The notes beneath the pieces are model-generated. The model was not told where the DNA came from. It saw nothing but the letters and a program-made list of their open reading frames with translations, and did not search any database. From contig MU058836.1 of NCBI GenBank assembly GCA_013265495.1, positions 930,001-953,610 of the forward strand: a DNA stretch of 23,610 nt. The letters are read 5' to 3'. The stretch comes from Vicugna vicugna. Lineage: Eukaryota. A program made the position numbers and the translations under genes. The stretch's first letter is position 1; each line of letters starts with the position of its first letter. Below are positions 19,686 through 23,610 of this stretch, piece after piece.

Positions 19686-20525
19686 CCGGCTCGGCGTCAG
19701 GCTCCTGCCACCGTCCCTCTGCCACCGCATCCTTCCCACCCACCTCTCCAAGGAGGCAGGACACAGAACCCGGGCCCGGCCCAGCGTGCTGGAGCCAGGT
19801 TGCCGGCAACGAGCCTTGCCGGCCCTCTCCGGGGCTCCGCGAGGCCCCGCGGGCCTGGGTGGTGGGCCCGGGTCCCCAGGAGGCCGGTGCTGGCACTGGC
19901 GGCGGCTCCGGTCGCGCAGGAGCGCGCCGGCCTTCCTGCAGGCCCTGCGCCCGGCCGGCCTCGGGAACGGACCAGGCCGCGTGTGAGCGCCGGGATTCCT
20001 GCTCCGGCCTTAAATATGCCGGTTATTTTTATCTCCCTACGTCAGGCAGCTAGGGCCATCCCACCAGTGGCCGCGGCGGCTGCTACACAATGTTTCCCTT
20101 TAGTCGGGAGGGGAAATGGAGGGAGGCCAGACTTCCTGATCACATGGTGCTGAAGTCAATGAAAAAAAATTAAGGGGGACCCCTCCCTTTTTCTGCAGTG
20201 CCCGATCCAGGTCCCCCCACCCGCTGCCCCCACCCAGCCCCCTTGGGCTCCCCGCGTCGGAGAGAGGCAAAGGCTCCAGGCGGAGGGCCAGCGAGGCAGG
20301 AGAGAGCGCAAACATAAACACGAGATTGTTGCAGTAATTGGTGCTCTGAAAACACTGAGGAAATGAGAGGCTTGTACGAAACATCAGCCGACAAGAAACG
20401 GGGTGATGTCAGACAGCCTTCCAGGATTAGAAACCCTTAAAAGCTCCGAGCCCGCGGCCGCTGCGGAAAGTGCTCGGCTCTCCGGGGCAGGGAGCCGGGA
20501 GCGCGCGCCTGGCGCTCTCTGTCGC
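19686..20525. promoter_or_regulatory. CpG island (two GC/CpG-rich lobes, ~19686-20080 and ~20200-20525); candidate promoter or enhancer
   Basis: Dense CG/CGCG/GCGGCCGC content in non-repetitive sequence against a CpG-depleted background; no interspersed repeat recognised nearby. Confidence 0.75.
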
Positions 20526-20733
20526 CTCTCTGCCTCTCTTGTCCTCGTTGCTCTTTTCTTTCTTTCCTTCTTTCTTTCTCTCTCTCTCTTTTTCCTTTCT
20601 CTTTCTGTATTTCTTTCCTTCCTCTACCCCCATTTCTTTCTTTTTCTCCTCTTTCTGTTTTTCTCTCTTTCTCTGTTTCTCCGTTTTCTTTTCTTTTCTC
20701 CACTCTCTCTCTTTTATTCCTTTCCCTCTCTTT
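20515..20733. repeat. CT-rich low-complexity polypyrimidine/polypurine tract
   Basis: ~220 nt almost entirely C/T on the + strand. Confidence 0.95.
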
Positions 20734-21132
20734 ATTAAAAGGAAAAGGAGAGACCACATCAAACGATTTCCATTTCTAAAATGCCTGGTACTTTTAGATC
20801 TTTTCCTGACTTTAAAACACCAAACCGGACTCAACCCCCAAACAAACCCCAAGGGGGCAAATGACACTTGGGTGTCTGTTGTCGGAGTCTGCTCTTTCTC
20901 TTTTTCTCGGTTCTGCACGTTGCAATAATGTCCACACATGTAGGAGGGCTGGGAATCAACAGCATTTCTCAAGGACAAACTCTCCAAAAAATGGGATTAA
21001 ATCTTTGCAAAAATCTGGCATGTTTCAAAGGAGAATGTAGACTTCTTGGTATATGTCATCCAGCCTCTAGCTGTTGGTGCCTCCTTTTCTTTTCCTGGTC
21101 TGAGATAATTAAGAAGACTAAAAGCACAGAGT

Positions 21133-21165
21133 ACACACACTCACACACTCTCTCAGACACACACA

Positions 21166-21202
<37 letters not shown>

Positions 21203-21208
21203 TCACTC
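21133..21208. repeat. Interrupted (CA)n microsatellite
   Basis: Seen directly in the sequence. Confidence 0.97.
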
Positions 21209-22204
21209 CTCGCTCCGCCCACTCTCCCCCAGCCCACAGGGCAGCGTGGCTAACACCAGTGAGCAGGCGCTCGTGCCAGGTCCACCTGGAACCCGCCTGT
21301 GTCTTTAAGTCGGAGGCCCGGTCTCATCTGTTCAGTGACACAAAAGGTGCTGCCTGTCCAGGCTTTCTCTCCTGGTGTTTGCCAGGATTAATGAGGCGAT
21401 GTTTGGAAAGGGATTGAGCCCCTCCAACCCAAGGCACCCACGACACCTTTTCAAAGAATGATTTATGTCCAGCTTTACCCAAATAGGAACCAAAAGAGGG
21501 TTTTCTGTTTTCTCATCTTTAGAACAGATGAATTCAGCACCTGGATCCTCACTTTTCAGAAGCTTTAGAATCTGCCTTGTTAATTGCTCTGTCACCCTCT
21601 CCTGTGAGGGCAGGCTTTTCCCCTCTCTTTCTGAGACCCAGTAAAAAAAGGTCGCATCAAGGTCGAGTTTGTGCTTGTCCTCGGAGGAATTGGATGGGTT
21701 CCAAAGACTTAGGTTCCCTTCACTGCTGCTCATGATGAGAACAATGTCCCTCAACCGGAACCCCTTCCCCACACACTCATAAATCTTGTGCCGGGCTAGC
21801 CCCTCTAAAGCCTGACACTCCCAAGCTGTAGTAATTTGAGCCAAATCACCAATGTACCTATGGTTATGCCACCCACCAAGATGTAGATGCCAGCCCTGTC
21901 TTCTGGTTCTCATGGGAACATTTGCATCTTTGATGTTCCCCTGACGCTCTGCACATCCCAGTGGGATGCCTCACCTCTCTCCAGTCTCCTCCTGATGCTC
22001 TTGTGTTAGATAGTGGTGTCTCCGCTCCCTCAATTTCTCAGCTTAGGAAGTCCGGGGTCTTCCTTGTCTGGTCTACCTATCAAGGTCAACAGATCCTGCT
22101 ACGTAGCCCCAGAAAATGTCGGATTCTCTGGTGCTGCTCCCCATCTCCTTGGCATACAATGCTCCTAAGGCAGACCACCTATCTCTGGGTGGTGCCTGGG
22201 AGGC

Positions 22205-22402
22205 TTACAGTTTAAGTTCCAAGATTTGCTACTTAGTAGCTTCACGACCTTAGGGAAGTGACTTTACTTTTATGAGCCTCTGTTTCCCCACCCATAATGT
22301 GGGGATAATGACATACCCACCTCTTGGCTTGTTGTGAGGACGAAATCAAATAAGTATGTAAAGGACCTGGCCTGGTGCCACAAAGCAGGGGCTCTGGAAA
22401 TA
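22205..22402 (+). mobile_element. MIR
   Basis: TGCTACTTAGTAGCT..GACCTTAGGGAAGTGACTT...TGAGCCTCTGTTTCCCCA...GGGGATAATGA...GTTGTGAGGA..AAAT...GTATGTAAAG. Confidence 0.85.
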
Positions 22403-22429
22403 GGGACCGTTAGCGTGTATGCTCGATAC

Positions 22430-22740
22430 TAATGCTTCTCACACTCCACCTTGCCCAGGATCGCCTGGAGGGCTCGGTAGAACACGGATCCCGGGGCACC
22501 ACTCCCACAGCTCCTGATTCAGTAGGGGCAGGGTGGGGCCTGGGGATCTGGATTTCTTTTTCTTTAAAAAAAATTAAATTAAATTAATTAATTCCTTTTT
22601 TCTTCCAGTTTTATTAATATAATGGACACGCAGGCCTGTGTAAGTTTAGGGCGGACAGCGTGATGATGTGAAGGATCTGCGTTTCTGACCAGCTCCCGGT
22701 GATGCGGATGCTGCCGGCCCGCGGACCGCACTGTGAACAA
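22430..22740 (-). mobile_element. MER5A, split by a short L1 insertion
   Basis: TGCTTCTCACACT...ATCGCCTGGAGGGCT...CTGATTCAGTAGG...GGTGGGGCC / CAGCTCCCGGTGATGCGGATGCTGCCGG...GGACCGCACT; antisense homologue of 1231-1386. Confidence 0.85.
22558..22672 (-). mobile_element. Very short L1 3' end with TSD
   Basis: T/AT-rich tail then TTTTATTAATATAATGGACA...TAAGTTTAGGGCGGACAGCGTGATGA. TSD GGATCTGGATTTCT (22544-22557) / GGATCTGCGTTTCT (22673-22686). Confidence 0.8.
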
Positions 22741-22779
22741 AGTCAGATGGGCTGTGTCTCAGGCTCCCTTTGTCCACAC

Positions 22780-23225
22780 TCCTTGGCAAGACTCCCAAGG
22801 CCCCTGTTGCTCCTGGCCAACTCGCCTCCCTTGCTCACTCGCACCAGACTTCTCCCCCTCTGCTAGGTTGACACCCCGAAGCCCTCCAGGCCTTAATGCC
22901 GTCAGAGCCGGCTCTCTGCTGGGGATGCCCTTTCCCTTCCCTCCACTGCTCTGTGAGCGTCTCACACCTCAACACCCAGGAGCAGGGCTTCCTCTTCTCT
23001 GAAGCCTTGCCCGCTTTTCCTCCCAGAACCCGCCGCCTCCCTCCTCCATGCTCTGCCCTTCACTTAGATTCCATCGAGGCCTTCACTGGACGCCGAGCCA
23101 CAGTCTGTGGACATGTCTGCCTCCTGCACTGGTCAGTGGGTTCTTCCCTTGTTTGTCTCTGTGACTCAACAGTATGCACAGCCCCCAGCTCGAGGAGGGG
23201 TTCAGTAACTTTGTTGAATGAATAA
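22780..23225 (+). mobile_element. L2 3' region
   Basis: Pyrimidine-rich L2-like body (CTTCTCTGAAGCCTT, TGTCTGCCTCC..CACTGG) ending TCAGTAACTTTGTTGAATGAAT. Confidence 0.65.
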
Positions 23226-23610
23226 GACAACAAATGAACCAACAGCCCACCGTCTAGAGAAATTAGCTTATCTTATAGGATTGCAGGGTGCTCTTAGGCC
23301 TCAGACATGCCCTCCATCCCCAGCCTGCAGGGCTTTCCATCTCTGGATTTAAGTAGAGGATGCAGTTATTCGCATAACTCTAAGCTCCCTCTCCATTTGT
23401 ATCACAGAATCATCCTAACGTTGTTATTCTCGCTGATTACAAGAGGGTGATGGAGGCTGGGGGAGAGGAAGTGACTGGCTTTTGGAGTCCAGAAAAGGGA
23501 GAGCCAGGCTCAGGTCAACTGGGATTCAAAGATCTCCACAAATTCCCCTGAATCACACACGTACATGTGCACACGTACACAGATATCTAACGATTACCCC
23601 TTTCTTTCTT

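Noticed and set aside
19591..20153. Overlapping ORFs rich in A/G/P/R
   Set aside because: Stop-codon scarcity in the CpG island leaves several frames open; no recognisable domain.
20403..20987. Overlapping ORFs rich in F/L/S or K/E/R (106-186 aa)
   Set aside because: They are translations of the CT-rich low-complexity tract.
1..23610. Prokaryotic-type systems (CRISPR array, operon, IS element) or an intact autonomous transposon
   Set aside because: No regularly spaced repeat-spacer array or gene-dense ORF layout; the sequence is mammalian and all elements are truncated or decayed.

Overview
Non-coding eutherian genomic DNA (intronic or intergenic), most likely from a camelid. The lineage call rests on five copies of a tRNA-Ala(AGC)-derived SINE resembling the camelid Vic-1 family. 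No protein-coding exon can be supported; the listed ORFs are explained by repeats, low complexity, GC richness or chance. Much of the window is ancient interspersed repeat (MIR, L2, L3/CR1, MLT1 LTRs, MER5/MER58 hAT elements, L1 3' ends), several nested with readable target-site duplications (TSDs). A repeat-poor stretch (~18.5-22.2 kb) holds a CpG island with a motif-dense core. The most unusual object is at 7730-7830: the first 72 nt of U1 snRNA, inverted and joined 5'-end to 5'-end to a ~30-nt L1 3' terminus. It also creates a perfect + strand splice donor 122 nt downstream of a strong acceptor. Also notable: a SINE inserted in inverted orientation into a same-family SINE, two L1 stubs with the same 5' breakpoint, a 20-bp near-perfect palindrome, and old repeats that are unusually CpG-rich. 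Repeat names come from recalled consensus sequences, not a database search, and ancient-repeat boundaries are approximate. The host locus was not identified.
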